A DNA stretch of 32,000 nt from assembly GCF_000189295.2 (NCBI RefSeq), contig NC_016803.1:1980001-2012000 (forward strand), in the 5' to 3' direction. Position numbers and translations under genes: made by a program. The stretch comes from Pseudodesulfovibrio mercurii (GTDB lineage: Bacteria; Desulfobacterota; Desulfovibrionia; Desulfovibrionales; Desulfovibrionaceae). Below are positions 1 to 8,736 of this stretch, piece by piece (the stretch's first letter is position 1; each line of letters opens with the position of its first letter). The notes under the pieces were generated by a model. That model saw only the letters and a list, made by a program, of their open reading frames with translations. It was not told where the DNA came from and made no database searches.

Positions 1-9
1 CTTCTTCAT

Positions 10-43
10 AAAAAAGGGCCGCTCCCCGGCAGGGGAACGGCCC
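10..43 (-). terminator. Rho-independent terminator after the 117-aa gene
   Basis: GGGCCGCTCCCC (16-27) pairs with GGGGAACGGCCC (32-43) with one mismatch and a 4-nt loop. The A-run at 10-15 reads as a T-run on the minus strand directly after the stem. Confidence 0.6.
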
Positions 44-65
44 TTCACCTCTTCAAACGAAGGGA

Positions 66-419
66 CTAGGCCTCCAGTTCCTTCATCAACCACTCCTTGA
101 TGGGCGGGGTCAACTCGAGGATGCCCTTGATGCCCTTGATGTCTTCGAGCAGCTGCTTGGCCAGGTCCTCGGGAATCTTCTTGGAACACAGGATGGTCGA
201 TCCGTAGTTGTCCATGCGCATGAGCACCACCTTGGGCTCACCCCAGGTGTCCATGGCGAAATATACCGAATATTCCCCGGACGTGGTCACCGGCGAACGC
301 ATGGCGTCGCGATAGTTGTTGTTGCCCCATTCCAGGTACAGGGTGACGGCATCCTCGTGGATCATGTCCCAGTTCACTTCGTTCAGCCACTGCCTGCATG
401 CGTTGGTGTCGTCGCTCAT
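66..419 (-). CDS. Small acidic hypothetical protein (117 aa)
   Basis: Track ORF with an ATG start and GC-rich third codon positions, followed by a terminator. I recognise no motif I can name. Confidence 0.6.
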   Translation of the reverse strand: MSDDTNACRQWLNEVNWDMIHEDAVTLYLEWGNNNYRDAMRSPVTTSGEYSVYFAMDTWGEPKVVLMRMDNYGSTILCSKKIPEDLAKQLLEDIKGIKGILELTPPIKEWLMKELEA

Positions 420-485
420 ATTTCCTCCAAAAGTGTGTTGTCCATTTTTTGATAATAAGTATCACTTGGAGTTCTGTCCAGCCTC

Positions 486-908
486 TTACGGATCAATGCC
501 GTCCTCCCGGTTCCGGCGCATCACCCAGACCAGCACCGCGAAGCCGAAAAGCAGCCCCAGCGCGGCCAGTTCGCGCACCCACAGTCCCCAGACCAGCACC
601 CCGGCCAGCAGCAGCGCGCCCAGCAGCCGCGACCACTTGACCCGGTTCCACGGCGCGGCCGACCAGTTCTTCTCCCACTCCACGCCCCGGCGGGCCAGCC
701 CGAACCACCAGTTCTCCGGCGGCGCGGGCAGGTCCAGCTCGAAAAATCCCGCGCCCAGCAGGATCAGCGAGGCGGCCAGCAACAGATAGCCGTGCGCGAA
801 CAGGGCCAGGCCGAACAGGACCAGGGCCGCCGCATGCAGGCTCCAGTTCCACGGCTGGCGGTGTCTCGACAACGCGAGCGCAAACAACGACGACGGCGTG
901 ACGGCCAT
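486..908 (-). CDS. Small integral membrane protein (about 140 aa)
   Basis: Track ORF 486..932 trimmed to the ATG at 908, because GGGAGGAG lies 4-5 nt upstream (plus strand 909-920 reads gactcctcccgc). The product has several hydrophobic helices (LVLFGLALFAHGYLLLAASLILLGAGFF, LLGALLLAGVLVWGLWV). Confidence 0.6.
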   Translation of the reverse strand: MAVTPSSLFALALSRHRQPWNWSLHAAALVLFGLALFAHGYLLLAASLILLGAGFFELDLPAPPENWWFGLARRGVEWEKNWSAAPWNRVKWSRLLGALLLAGVLVWGLWVRELAALGLLFGFAVLVWVMRRNREDGIDP

Positions 909-995
909 GACTCCTCCCGCCCGACCATACAAACGACCTCGCCGTCATTGCAACCCATTACGGGTTTTTGTAAAACCGGAACACGGAGGACAAAC

Positions 996-1481
996 ATGGA
1001 CACCTATCTCATCGCGCGGGCCGTGGCCGAACTCGGCGAATGCCTGCGCGCGCAAAATCACTTCCTGGCCACCGCCGAGTCCTGCACCGGCGGGCTGCTC
1101 GCCAGCACCCTGACCGATACCCCCGGCAGCTCCGAATGGTTCGCCGGGTCCGTGGTCGCCTACTCGAACACGGTCAAGAACAAACTCCTGGACGTGCCCG
1201 CCGCCACCCTCGAAGAACACGGCGCGGTCTCCGAACCCGTCGTCCTGGCCATGGCCCGGGGCGCGCTCAAGACCATCGGCGCGGACGTGTCCGTGGCCAT
1301 CTCCGGCATCGCCGGACCCTCCGGCGGCACCCCGGACAAACCCGTGGGCACCGTCTGGATCGCCTGGGCCTGGCCCGACGGCATACGCGCCCGAAAATAC
1401 CACTTCCAGGGCAACCGCGACCAGATCAAGGGACAATCCGTCATGACCGCCATCAACGGGCTGCTCGGCGTGACGAAGTAG
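996..1481 (+). CDS. pncC: Nicotinamide-nucleotide amidohydrolase, CinA C-terminal domain family (PncC)
   Basis: Track ORF 792..1481 trimmed to ATG 996, preceded by GGAGGA at 985-990. The 161 aa carry TAESCTGG, YSN..K, HGAVSEPVV and ISGIAGPSGG..DKPVGTVW, collinear with E. coli PncC/YgaD. Confidence 0.85.
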   Translation: MDTYLIARAVAELGECLRAQNHFLATAESCTGGLLASTLTDTPGSSEWFAGSVVAYSNTVKNKLLDVPAATLEEHGAVSEPVVLAMARGALKTIGADVSVAISGIAGPSGGTPDKPVGTVWIAWAWPDGIRARKYHFQGNRDQIKGQSVMTAINGLLGVTK

Positions 1482-1508
1482 CAAGGGGGCGTGAAAGGGC
1501 GAGCGGGG

Positions 1509-1740
1509 AATGCCTCCGGCGGCCCCTTCGGGACGCCGCATGGCCGCGCACAGCCAGGCCCTCCACCAAGCAGCACCCAACCCAACCGGATGCCATCCCG
1601 CGTCCGCACGCCCCTGCCGAAGGCACACAAAAAGTTTGGGAGAGTCCAGAGAACCCTTTTCAAAGGGTTCTCTGGCGGGGCCTGGGGCAGCGCCCCAGCC
1701 GTCGGAGACGCCCGCCCGGCGAGGGCCCGCCGGAGGCTTC
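1509..1740. repeat. Interspersed palindromic repeat, family 1, copy A
   Basis: Core palindrome CCAGAGAACCCTTTTCAAAGGGTTCTCTGG at 1646-1675. It is flanked by GCCGAAGGCACACAAAAAGTTTGGGAGAG on the left and GCCCGCCCGGCGAGGGCCCGCCGGAGGC on the right, with TGCCTCCGGCGGCC at 1511-1524. The same architecture recurs at 4051-4178, 4277-4365 and 15980-16083. Confidence 0.85.
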
Positions 1741-1742
1741 TT

Positions 1743-2234
1743 CTACTCCATGCCCTCGTCCACGAGCAGGCCTCTGCCCGAGGCGGCGCCTCTGGCCAGG
1801 TCGTCCACGCGTTCGTTGAGCAGGTGACCGGCGTGTCCCTTGACCCAGTGGAAGGTGACGTCGTGTTCTTCGATGAGGGGCATGAGCCGTTGCCAGAGGT
1901 CCTGGTTCTTGACCGGTTTCTTGGCGGCGGTTTTCCAGCCGTTGCGTTGCCAGTTCTTGAGCCAGCGTTGGGTGATGGCCTGCTGGACGTATTTGGAGTC
2001 GGTCCAGAGGTCCACGGTGCAGGGGCGGGTCAGGGAGGACAGGCCGACGATGACGGCGAGGAGCTCCATGCGGTTGTTGGTGGTCCGCTTGTAGCCCTGG
2101 GAAAGTTCCTTGTAATTGGCACCGTTTTCGCCCTGGTATTCGCCGTGGATGAGGATGGCGCCGTAGCCGCCGGGGCCGGGGTTGCCGAGGCAGGAGCCGT
2201 CCGTATACATGGTCACGCGATCACTCACGCGCAT
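1743..2234 (-). CDS. rnhA: Ribonuclease HI
   Basis: [45 protein letters not shown] and VKGHAGH..NE..D.LA are collinear with E. coli RNase HI. Its start overlaps the stop of the upstream gene by 14 nt. Confidence 0.9.
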   Translation of the reverse strand: MRVSDRVTMYTDGSCLGNPGPGGYGAILIHGEYQGENGANYKELSQGYKRTTNNRMELLAVIVGLSSLTRPCTVDLWTDSKYVQQAITQRWLKNWQRNGWKTAAKKPVKNQDLWQRLMPLIEEHDVTFHWVKGHAGHLLNERVDDLARGAASGRGLLVDEGME

Positions 2235-2736
2235 TCTCCTTGTTCAATGAGTCGAGTTTCTTGAGGATTTCCACCAGGACCTCCTGGATGGCCAGGGGCC
2301 ACTCGCCGTCGTCGAAGGACGGGAGCAGGAAGGTGGTCTTGAGGGAGTCGATGAATTCCGGGCCCAGCGCGGTGCGCATGAGCGGGGGGAAGCGCAGTTC
2401 GGCCGCGTTGATGGCCGGGGCGAGTCCCATGTACATGGTCTTGTCGTTCAGTTCCGGGACCACGAAGTCGCCGCCGTAGATCTGGATCTTGCAGTCCATC
2501 CCCCATTTTTCGCGCAGGGTCTGGGTGAAGGAGACGATCATCTTCTTCTGGTCCCTGGTCAGGGTCTTGGTCTCGTCGTAGACGGCGCTCTGCTGGTTCA
2601 GAACCTCGACCACGTGCTCGTTGTTCTTCATGAACGCCCAGATGACGGCGGCGAAGACGAGGATGAGCGCCAGGGAGCGGATGAGCTTTTCCCTGTGCGT
2701 GGAGCCGTGCACTCGGGGGATGGTGATGCGACGCAT
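2221..2736 (-). CDS. Membrane-anchored hypothetical protein (possible TPM-like domain)
   Basis: Track ORF of 171 aa with one N-terminal TM helix ([14 protein letters not shown]). The soluble part ([38 protein letters not shown]) resembles the start of TPM/YgcG-type domains, but that assignment is weak. Confidence 0.6.
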   Translation of the reverse strand: MRRITIPRVHGSTHREKLIRSLALILVFAAVIWAFMKNNEHVVEVLNQQSAVYDETKTLTRDQKKMIVSFTQTLREKWGMDCKIQIYGGDFVVPELNDKTMYMGLAPAINAAELRFPPLMRTALGPEFIDSLKTTFLLPSFDDGEWPLAIQEVLVEILKKLDSLNKENARE

Positions 2737-2812
2737 TTCCGCTTTCTATCGTGCGGGCGGGTTTCAGGCAAGGGCGAAGGGGGCCGCCCGCGCTTGTCGG
2801 GTCGGGACGGGG

Positions 2813-4042
2813 CTAGCCTTCGCCGCGCAGGGCCTGGATGGGGTCCAGGGACGCGGCCTGACGGGCGGGCTTGAGGCCGAAGACCAGGCCCACGGCCTGG
2901 GAGCCGGCCAGGGCCATGAAGAAGGCCTTCCACGAGAATTTGATGGTCAGGATGTCGAGGCGCGACAGGAACTGGCCGAGTCCCAGACCGAGGAACAGGC
3001 CGAGCACGCCGCCGAGCAGAGTCAGGGCGCAGGCCTCGACCAGGAATTGCAGCATGATGGCGGAGTTGCGTGCGCCCATGGCCTTTTTCAGGCCGATCTC
3101 CTCGGCCCGCTCCGAAACCGAGATGGAGAAGAGGTTGGCCAGGACGAAGCCGCCCACGAGCACGGCGATGCCCGCGGTCACGCCCAGGAACAGGGTCAGG
3201 CCGCCCTTGAAGAAGGCCAGGAACTTGAGGACCTCGTCGGCGGTCAGGATGGAGAAGTCGTCGTCATCCTCGGGGTTGAGGTGGTGCAGGTGGCGGAGCA
3301 GGGAGCGCAGGTTCTCGGTGTGCGCGGCCATGTAGTCCGGCTCCACGAACTTGACCCGCAGCGCCCGGAAATACTTGCGGTCCATGTTGTAGCGCTGGAC
3401 CAGGGTGGACAGGGGGATGATGATCCGGTTGTCCACGTCGCCGCCCCCGCCCGAGGTCACGCCGCGATAGGACAGCTTGCCGACTACCTGGAACGGGATG
3501 CCCGAGACGTACAGGACCCGGCCCACGGGCGACTCGTCGCCGAACAGCTCCCGCGACGGCGTGTCGCCGAGCAGGGCGACTTTGGCCCCGATGCGCTCGT
3601 CCTCGGCCGACAGGTCGCGCCCCTCGCTCAGCGGCCAGTTCCAGGCCTTGGAGTAGTCCTGGGTGGTGCCCACTATGGTCACGTCCTGGTAGCTGCGGCT
3701 GCCCGCCCTGACCGTCTGCCCGCTCTTGGCCCGCATGGGCAGCACCTGGTACGCGCCGGGCAGGGAATCACGGATGCGGTCCGCGTCCTCGCGGCTCAGC
3801 GTCAGGGTGCGCATGCCCACCGCCCGCTTCTGGAAATTGCCGCCGAAGACCAGGGCCGCGTCCGGGCCGAACATGTCGACCATCTCCACGGCCATGCGGT
3901 TGGCCCCGTCCACCGCCGTGACGATCAGCGTCAGCGAGGCGATGCCGAAGGCCACGCCCAAGACCACGAAAACGGACCGCAACTTGAAGGCCCATACCGC
4001 CTCCAAGCCCATGCTCACCACCCTGCCAACAGTCCGCATCAT
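2813..4042 (-). CDS. ABC transporter permease, FtsX/MacB-type
   Basis: Track ORF 2813..4129 trimmed to the ATGATG at 4042, because the first 29 codons are a read-through of repeat copy B. The fold is MacB-like: an N-terminal TM helix (FKLRSVFVVLGVAFGIASLTLIV), a large periplasmic domain, and a C-terminal 3-TM FtsX domain (IGLKKAMGARNSAIMLQFLVEA). Confidence 0.85.
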   Translation of the reverse strand: MMRTVGRVVSMGLEAVWAFKLRSVFVVLGVAFGIASLTLIVTAVDGANRMAVEMVDMFGPDAALVFGGNFQKRAVGMRTLTLSREDADRIRDSLPGAYQVLPMRAKSGQTVRAGSRSYQDVTIVGTTQDYSKAWNWPLSEGRDLSAEDERIGAKVALLGDTPSRELFGDESPVGRVLYVSGIPFQVVGKLSYRGVTSGGGGDVDNRIIIPLSTLVQRYNMDRKYFRALRVKFVEPDYMAAHTENLRSLLRHLHHLNPEDDDDFSILTADEVLKFLAFFKGGLTLFLGVTAGIAVLVGGFVLANLFSISVSERAEEIGLKKAMGARNSAIMLQFLVEACALTLLGGVLGLFLGLGLGQFLSRLDILTIKFSWKAFFMALAGSQAVGLVFGLKPARQAASLDPIQALRGEG

Positions 4043-4050
4043 TCGTGTGT

Positions 4051-4178
4051 CGCCTCCGGCGGCCGGGGAAGGGGAGAGAGGGAACCCTTTGGAAAGGGTT
4101 CCCTCTCTCCCCTTCCCCCGGACCCCCATCCCCTCTCACCCTCCCAAACTTTTTGGCGCCGCTGCGCGGGAGGGTGAG
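4051..4178. repeat. Interspersed palindromic repeat, family 1, copy B (reverse orientation, expanded core)
   Basis: GCCTCCGGCGGCC, then the palindrome GGGGAGAGAGGGAACCCTTTGGAAAGGGTTCCCTCTCTCCCC, then CTCCCAAACTTTTTGGCGCC. In addition, CTCACCCTCCC (4135-4145) pairs with GGGAGGGTGAG (4168-4178). Confidence 0.8.
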
Positions 4179-4276
4179 CCGGTTTTTTGTCTGTTTTTAC
4201 ATTACAAATATATCAACTTATCAAAAATTCATGCCGGGTATCCAAATACCCTCTCCGTCCTTCCGCTTCCCTCCGC

Positions 4277-4365
4277 CCCTGCCGAAGGCACATAAAAAAT
4301 TTGGAAGGGGTGTCCAGGGGGGAAACTTTTTCAAAAGTTTCCCCCCTGGCCGCCGGAGGCATTTG
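4277..4365. repeat. Interspersed palindromic repeat, family 1, copy C
   Basis: GCCGAAGGCACATAAAAAATTTGGAAGG, then the palindrome CCAGGGGGGAAACTTTTTCAAAAGTTTCCCCCCTGG (4314-4349), then CCGCCGGAGGCAT. Confidence 0.8.
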
Positions 4366-5059
4366 TTTTCACGTCCTCGGCGATGCGGCCGTCGTGGAGG
4401 CGGATGATGCGGTCGGCCTCGCGGGCCACGTCCTCGTCGTGGGTGACGAGGACGATGGTCTGCCCGGCGCGGTGCACGTCGTGGAAGAGCTTCATGATCT
4501 CGGCCGAGGTGTTGGAGTCGAGCTGGCCCGTGGGTTCGTCGGCCAGGAGTATCCGCGGGTCGTTGAGCAGGGCCCGGGCCATGGCCACACGCTGCTGCTG
4601 GCCGCCGGACAGGCGCGAGGGCTTGAAGTGCATGCGGTCGGCCAGGCCCACGCGTTCGAGGAGGGCCTCGGCCCTTGAGAGCAGTTCGGCGCGCGGCCTG
4701 CCGGAGTAGAGGCCGGGCAGGATGACGTTCTCCAGGGCGGTGGCGTAGGAGATCAGGTAGAAGGACTGAAACACGAAGCCGAGCGCCTTGTTGCGCAGGT
4801 CGGACTGCTGGTCGTCGTCGAGGTTGGAGGCGTCTCGGCCGAGCAGATGGTAGACGCCCGAGGTGGGCCGGTCGAGCAGGCCGATGATGTGCAGCAGGGT
4901 GGACTTGCCCGAGCCGGACGTGCCCTGCAGGGCGATGAACTCGCCGGGGGCCACGTCCAGGGTGATGCCCTTGAGGACCTTGATGCCGGGGTCGGACTCG
5001 TCGCCCTTGCCCTGGAGGAAGGTCTTGGTGATCCCGTTCAGGGAGATGGCCGGTTCCAT
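4331..5059 (-). CDS. ABC transporter ATP-binding protein (MacB/LolD-type)
   Basis: Track ORF trimmed to MEPAISLNG at 5059. Motifs present: Walker A GTSGSGKST, Q-loop, signature LSGGQQQRV, Walker B ILLADEPTG, H-loop VTHD. The ATG overlaps the adaptor gene stop as TAATG. The last ~7 codons and the TGA stop lie inside repeat copy C. Confidence 0.9.
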   Translation of the reverse strand: MEPAISLNGITKTFLQGKGDESDPGIKVLKGITLDVAPGEFIALQGTSGSGKSTLLHIIGLLDRPTSGVYHLLGRDASNLDDDQQSDLRNKALGFVFQSFYLISYATALENVILPGLYSGRPRAELLSRAEALLERVGLADRMHFKPSRLSGGQQQRVAMARALLNDPRILLADEPTGQLDSNTSAEIMKLFHDVHRAGQTIVLVTHDEDVAREADRIIRLHDGRIAEDVKTNASGGQGGNF

Positions 5060-6147
5060 TACAGCCCCTTCTTGCCGACCTTGGCGCCGGGCAGGACGAG
5101 CTGGGTGGCGACCACGTCGCCCTCGGACAGGCCGTCCAGGACCTCGGAGGTCTCCAGGCCGACCAGGCCGAGCTTGGGCGTGACCTCCTCGGGCTGCTTT
5201 TCGGGGTCGGTCACGCGGAAGCAGACCTGGCGGTCCTTGACCCACTTGAGGGCGTTGTTGGGCACGACGAGCACGTCGTCCTTGGTCCGGACGATGATCT
5301 TGCACTGGGTGGTCATCTCCGGGCGCAGGAAGTCGGCCTGTTCGCGGGTGACCTTGACCAGGGTGCGGTAGTAGACGATGTTGTCGCGGATTTCCGGCTC
5401 GGGGTAGATGCGGTCCACCACGCCCTCGAAGACCTTTTCGCGGTAGGCGTCCACGGTGTAGCGCACGTGCAGGCCCGCCTTGACGCGGCCCACGTCGGTC
5501 TCGTCCACGTAGATCCACATCTCGAGCATTTCCGGATTGAGCACGGTGATCAGGTTGGACACGGACAGGCCGGAGACGATGGTCTCCCCCTCCTGGGCGG
5601 CCACCTGGCTGACCACGCCGTCGATGGGCGAGTAGATGCTGGTGTAGGACAGCTGGACGCGCAGGGTGTCGAGCTTGGCCTTGGCCGCGGCCACGCTGAA
5701 GCGGGCCATCTGGGCGTCCTGGGTGGCCACGTCCAGGGAGTCCTGGGCCTCCAGGCGCTTCTGGACCAGGGTGCGCTGGCGGGGCAGGTTCTTCTCCATG
5801 TACTGGAGCTTGGCCTGGGCCAGGTCGAGGTTGGCCTTGGCCTCACTGATGCGCGCCTTGAGCTCGCGGGCGTCGATGCGGGCCACGAGGTCGCCCTTCC
5901 GGACGTGGTCGCCGACCTTGACGGGCACGGATTCGAGCACGCCGGTGGCCTGGGCCCCGATCTTGACCTGGGCGCCCACCTGGGCCTTGACGATGCCGGT
6001 GGCCTCCAGAACCTTGGAGACGCTGCCCCTGGCGACCTTGGCGGTCTTGAGAACCTTGATCCTGTCCGTGGACTGTCCGGCGGTGAAGTACCAGACGCCG
6101 CCTCCGGTGAGGAGCGCGGCGATGAGGATGAATATGAGCTTCTTCAT
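5059..6147 (-). CDS. Efflux periplasmic adaptor (HlyD/MacA-type membrane fusion protein)
   Basis: 362 aa with an N-terminal TM/signal (MKKLIFILIAALLTGGGVWYF). It has a biotinyl-lipoyl-like hairpin (V.VGD.V.KGDL.A.ID), a coiled-coil segment, and a beta-barrel C-terminus typical of RND/MacA adaptors. Confidence 0.85.
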   Translation of the reverse strand: MKKLIFILIAALLTGGGVWYFTAGQSTDRIKVLKTAKVARGSVSKVLEATGIVKAQVGAQVKIGAQATGVLESVPVKVGDHVRKGDLVARIDARELKARISEAKANLDLAQAKLQYMEKNLPRQRTLVQKRLEAQDSLDVATQDAQMARFSVAAAKAKLDTLRVQLSYTSIYSPIDGVVSQVAAQEGETIVSGLSVSNLITVLNPEMLEMWIYVDETDVGRVKAGLHVRYTVDAYREKVFEGVVDRIYPEPEIRDNIVYYRTLVKVTREQADFLRPEMTTQCKIIVRTKDDVLVVPNNALKWVKDRQVCFRVTDPEKQPEEVTPKLGLVGLETSEVLDGLSEGDVVATQLVLPGAKVGKKGL

Positions 6148-6689
6148 GTCTGCTTGTCTTGTTCCTGTTCGATTTCCCGGCGCAGCATGGCGGAAAAATC
6201 AGCGGGTTTGAACGGCCTGCGGCCGAAGAGCACGTCGCGGAAGGTCACGGCCCTGAAGGCGTAGCCGCACCCCTGCGGCAACCGGCCGCCATGGTAATAT
6301 AGCGACTTGGACGGATAATTTCCACACAAAGCGGGCCGGGTGTCGTGATCGGTGCAGAGGTTGTCCTCGCCGAGCAGGGCGCAGTCGAAGAGCAGGTACC
6401 CGTCCGCATTGCGTTTTTTCGGGCGGAACCGGGCGTGTTCCGGGGCCTCGGCCACCAGCCGCTCGAACTGGGACAGGCTGCGCAGCCAGCGCCCCCGGTC
6501 GCGCAGGAGCACGGACCGGCAGCAGCGGCCGCACAGGGTGCACCGCCCGACCACCTCCACCTCGCGGCGCAGGACGCGGGAGCGGAAACGGCGAAACAGG
6601 CCGGTCGGGGAGTCGAGGCCGGCGAGCCAGTCGAGCGGGTTCACGCCCGACGCTCCCGGATGCCGCCCCAAGGGGTGACGCGCATGCAT
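6144..6689 (-). CDS. YkgJ-family cysteine-cluster protein (CxxCxxCC, UPF0153)
   Basis: CTLCGRCC matches CxxCxxCC exactly, and the second half-site CTDHDTRPALCGNYP matches the family's C..Y..RP..C..yP. The start is set at ATG 6689 (GGAGGA immediately upstream); TTG 6722 is the alternative. The stop overlaps the adaptor start as ATGA (6144-6147). Confidence 0.75.
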   Translation of the reverse strand: MHARHPLGRHPGASGVNPLDWLAGLDSPTGLFRRFRSRVLRREVEVVGRCTLCGRCCRSVLLRDRGRWLRSLSQFERLVAEAPEHARFRPKKRNADGYLLFDCALLGEDNLCTDHDTRPALCGNYPSKSLYYHGGRLPQGCGYAFRAVTFRDVLFGRRPFKPADFSAMLRREIEQEQDKQT

Positions 6690-6743
6690 TTTCCTCCGGC
6701 TTTTCTTGACCTGAACACGCAATATGCCTACTTGTGGGTCATT

Positions 6744-7811
6744 ATGAATTGGGATTGGGACAAATTACAAAAGCAGCAACAGGGGCGCCCCGGCGGCAAG
6801 CCGCCGAGCTTCGACGATTTCCAGGACCAGCTCGAGAAACTGAAGAAGTTCAAGCTGCCCGGTTGGAAGTTCGTCATTCCTATTTTCATCCTCCTCTGGA
6901 TCGCCAGCGGGTTCTACATCGTGGAGCCCGACGAGGTGGGCGTGGTCAAGCAGTTCGGCAAGTTCAACCGCGTCACCACCGCGGGTCCGAACTACCACAT
7001 CCCCTACCCGGTGGAAAGCGTGCTCACCCCCAAGGTGACGCAGATCCGGCGTATCGAGTTCGGCTTCCGGTCCGTGGGGCCCGTCACGCAGAGCTTCCAG
7101 CAGGGGTCCAGCCGCGAGGTCAAGGAAGAGTCCCTGATGCTCACCGGCGACGAGAACATCGTCTCCGTACAGTTCATCGTCCAGTACATGATCAAGGATG
7201 CACAGAATTACCTGTTCAACGTCAATGACCCCGAGCAGACCCTGGCCCACGCGGGCGAGGCGGCCATGCGCGAGGTCATCGGCAACGGCAAGATCGACGA
7301 CGCCCTGACCACGGGCAAGCAGGAGATCCAGGTCCAGACCAGGGAGCTCATGCAGCGCATCCTCGACAACTACAAGACCGGCCTGTCCGTGGTCGCGGTA
7401 CAGATGCAGAACGTGCATCCGCCGGACGAGGTCATCGAGGCCTTCAAGGATGTGGCCTCCGCCCGCGAGGACAAGAGCCGCTACATCAACGAGGCCGAGG
7501 CGTACCAGCGCGACATCCTGCCCAAGGCGCGCGGCGAGGCCGCCCGCATCACCAACGCGGCCCAGGCCTACAAGGAGGCCAAGGTCCGCAAGTCGGAGGG
7601 CGACGCGGCCCGGTTCCTGTCCGTGCTCAGAGAGTACGAGAAGGCCAAGGACATCACCCGCGAGCGGCTGTACCTGGAGACCATGGAGGCCATCCTGGCC
7701 AACCCGGACACCGAAAAGCTGGTCATGTCCGAAGACGCCCTCAAGCAATCCGTACCCTATCTCCCCCTGGACAAGCAGCCGCGCCCGGCCGCTCCCAAGG
7801 AAGCACAGTAA
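6744..7811 (+). CDS. hflK: FtsH protease modulator HflK (SPFH/band-7)
   Basis: Track ORF trimmed to MNWDWDKLQ at 6744. It has an N-terminal Gly/Pro-rich tail and a TM helix, then GFYIVEPDEVGVVKQFGKF and an SPFH domain with a coiled-coil C-terminus. hflC follows directly. Confidence 0.9.
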   Translation: MNWDWDKLQKQQQGRPGGKPPSFDDFQDQLEKLKKFKLPGWKFVIPIFILLWIASGFYIVEPDEVGVVKQFGKFNRVTTAGPNYHIPYPVESVLTPKVTQIRRIEFGFRSVGPVTQSFQQGSSREVKEESLMLTGDENIVSVQFIVQYMIKDAQNYLFNVNDPEQTLAHAGEAAMREVIGNGKIDDALTTGKQEIQVQTRELMQRILDNYKTGLSVVAVQMQNVHPPDEVIEAFKDVASAREDKSRYINEAEAYQRDILPKARGEAARITNAAQAYKEAKVRKSEGDAARFLSVLREYEKAKDITRERLYLETMEAILANPDTEKLVMSEDALKQSVPYLPLDKQPRPAAPKEAQ

Positions 7812-7826
7812 AGGGGGAGGTCCGAC

Positions 7827-8675
7827 ATGAAGAAAACGACCATCATACTCGGCATCGTCATCGTCCTCGGGGCCTTCGCCCTGACCTCCGCGGCCTTCAC
7901 CGTGGATCAGACCCAGCAGGCCATCGTCATCCAGCTCGGCCGGCCGGTCAGCGGCCAGCTCGGCCCCGGCCTGCACTTCAAGCTGCCCGTGGTCCAGACC
8001 GTGGTCTTCTTCGACGCGCGCATCCTGGACTTCGACGCCAAGCCCGAGGAGATCACCACCACGGACAAGAAGTACATGAACGTGGACTCCTACACCAAGT
8101 GGCGGATCATCGACCCGCTGACCTTCTACACCAAGGTGCGCACCATCCAGGGCGCCCGGGCCCGGCTGGACGACATCGTCCGCTCGCAGCTCCGGGTGGC
8201 GCTGGGCCGCTACACCCTGATCGAGGTGGTCTCGCACAAGCGCCAGGAGATCATGGACGCGGTGACCAAACGCTCCAAGGAGCTGCTCGAACCCTACGGC
8301 ATCGAGGTCCTCGACGTGCGCATCAAGCGCACGGACCTGCCCGCGGAGAACGCCCGGTCCATCTACGGGCGCATGAAGGCCGAGCGTGAGCGCCAGGCCA
8401 AGCAGTACCGCTCCGAAGGCCAGGAGGCCTCGGCCAAGATCAAGGCCAACGCGGACAAGGAACGGACCATCATCCTGGCCGACGCCCAGAAGCAGGCCGA
8501 GATCATCCGCGGCGAGGGCGACGCCCAGGCCACCAAGGTCTATGCCCAGGCCCTGGGGCAAAATCCCGACTTCTACGAATTCACCCGGAGCCTGGACGCC
8601 TACCGGCGCGGTTTCGACAAGAACACCCGCTTCATCCTGACCCCGAAAAGTCCCTTCCTGAAACATCTGCAATAG
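7827..8675 (+). CDS. hflC: FtsH protease modulator HflC (SPFH/band-7)
   Basis: 282 aa with an N-terminal TM helix, FTVDQTQQAIVIQLGRPV, an SPFH domain and a charged coiled-coil. It starts 16 nt after hflK and is preceded by GGGGGAGG. Confidence 0.9.
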   Translation: MKKTTIILGIVIVLGAFALTSAAFTVDQTQQAIVIQLGRPVSGQLGPGLHFKLPVVQTVVFFDARILDFDAKPEEITTTDKKYMNVDSYTKWRIIDPLTFYTKVRTIQGARARLDDIVRSQLRVALGRYTLIEVVSHKRQEIMDAVTKRSKELLEPYGIEVLDVRIKRTDLPAENARSIYGRMKAERERQAKQYRSEGQEASAKIKANADKERTIILADAQKQAEIIRGEGDAQATKVYAQALGQNPDFYEFTRSLDAYRRGFDKNTRFILTPKSPFLKHLQ

Positions 8676-8697
8676 AAAGACGACGAGACCATAAGAT

Positions 8698-8736
8698 GAG
8701 GATGTGGTCACATGAGGGCCACATCCTTTTTCTTTT
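8698..8736 (+). terminator. Rho-independent terminator of hflKC
   Basis: GGATGTGG (8700-8707) pairs with CCACATCC (8719-8726), followed by TTTTTCTTTT. Confidence 0.75.

Noticed and set aside
1-9. Possible start (ATG AAG AAG on the minus strand) of a gene running off the left edge
   Set aside because: Only three codons are visible and no SD can be assessed, so it cannot be supported.
2117-2132. Second sigma-54-like match TGGCACCGTTTTCGCC
   Set aside because: It lies inside rnhA on the antisense strand, with no upstream enhancer-like repeats and no downstream ORF. It is most likely a chance match.
4045-4129. N-terminal extension of the permease (MGVRGKGREGTLSKGFPLSPSP...) and similar peptides in other track ORFs
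   Set aside because: These are translations of family-1 repeats; similar peptides (KGFPLSPSP/KGFSG, FQRV-type) appear wherever the repeat occurs. They are not genuine coding sequence.
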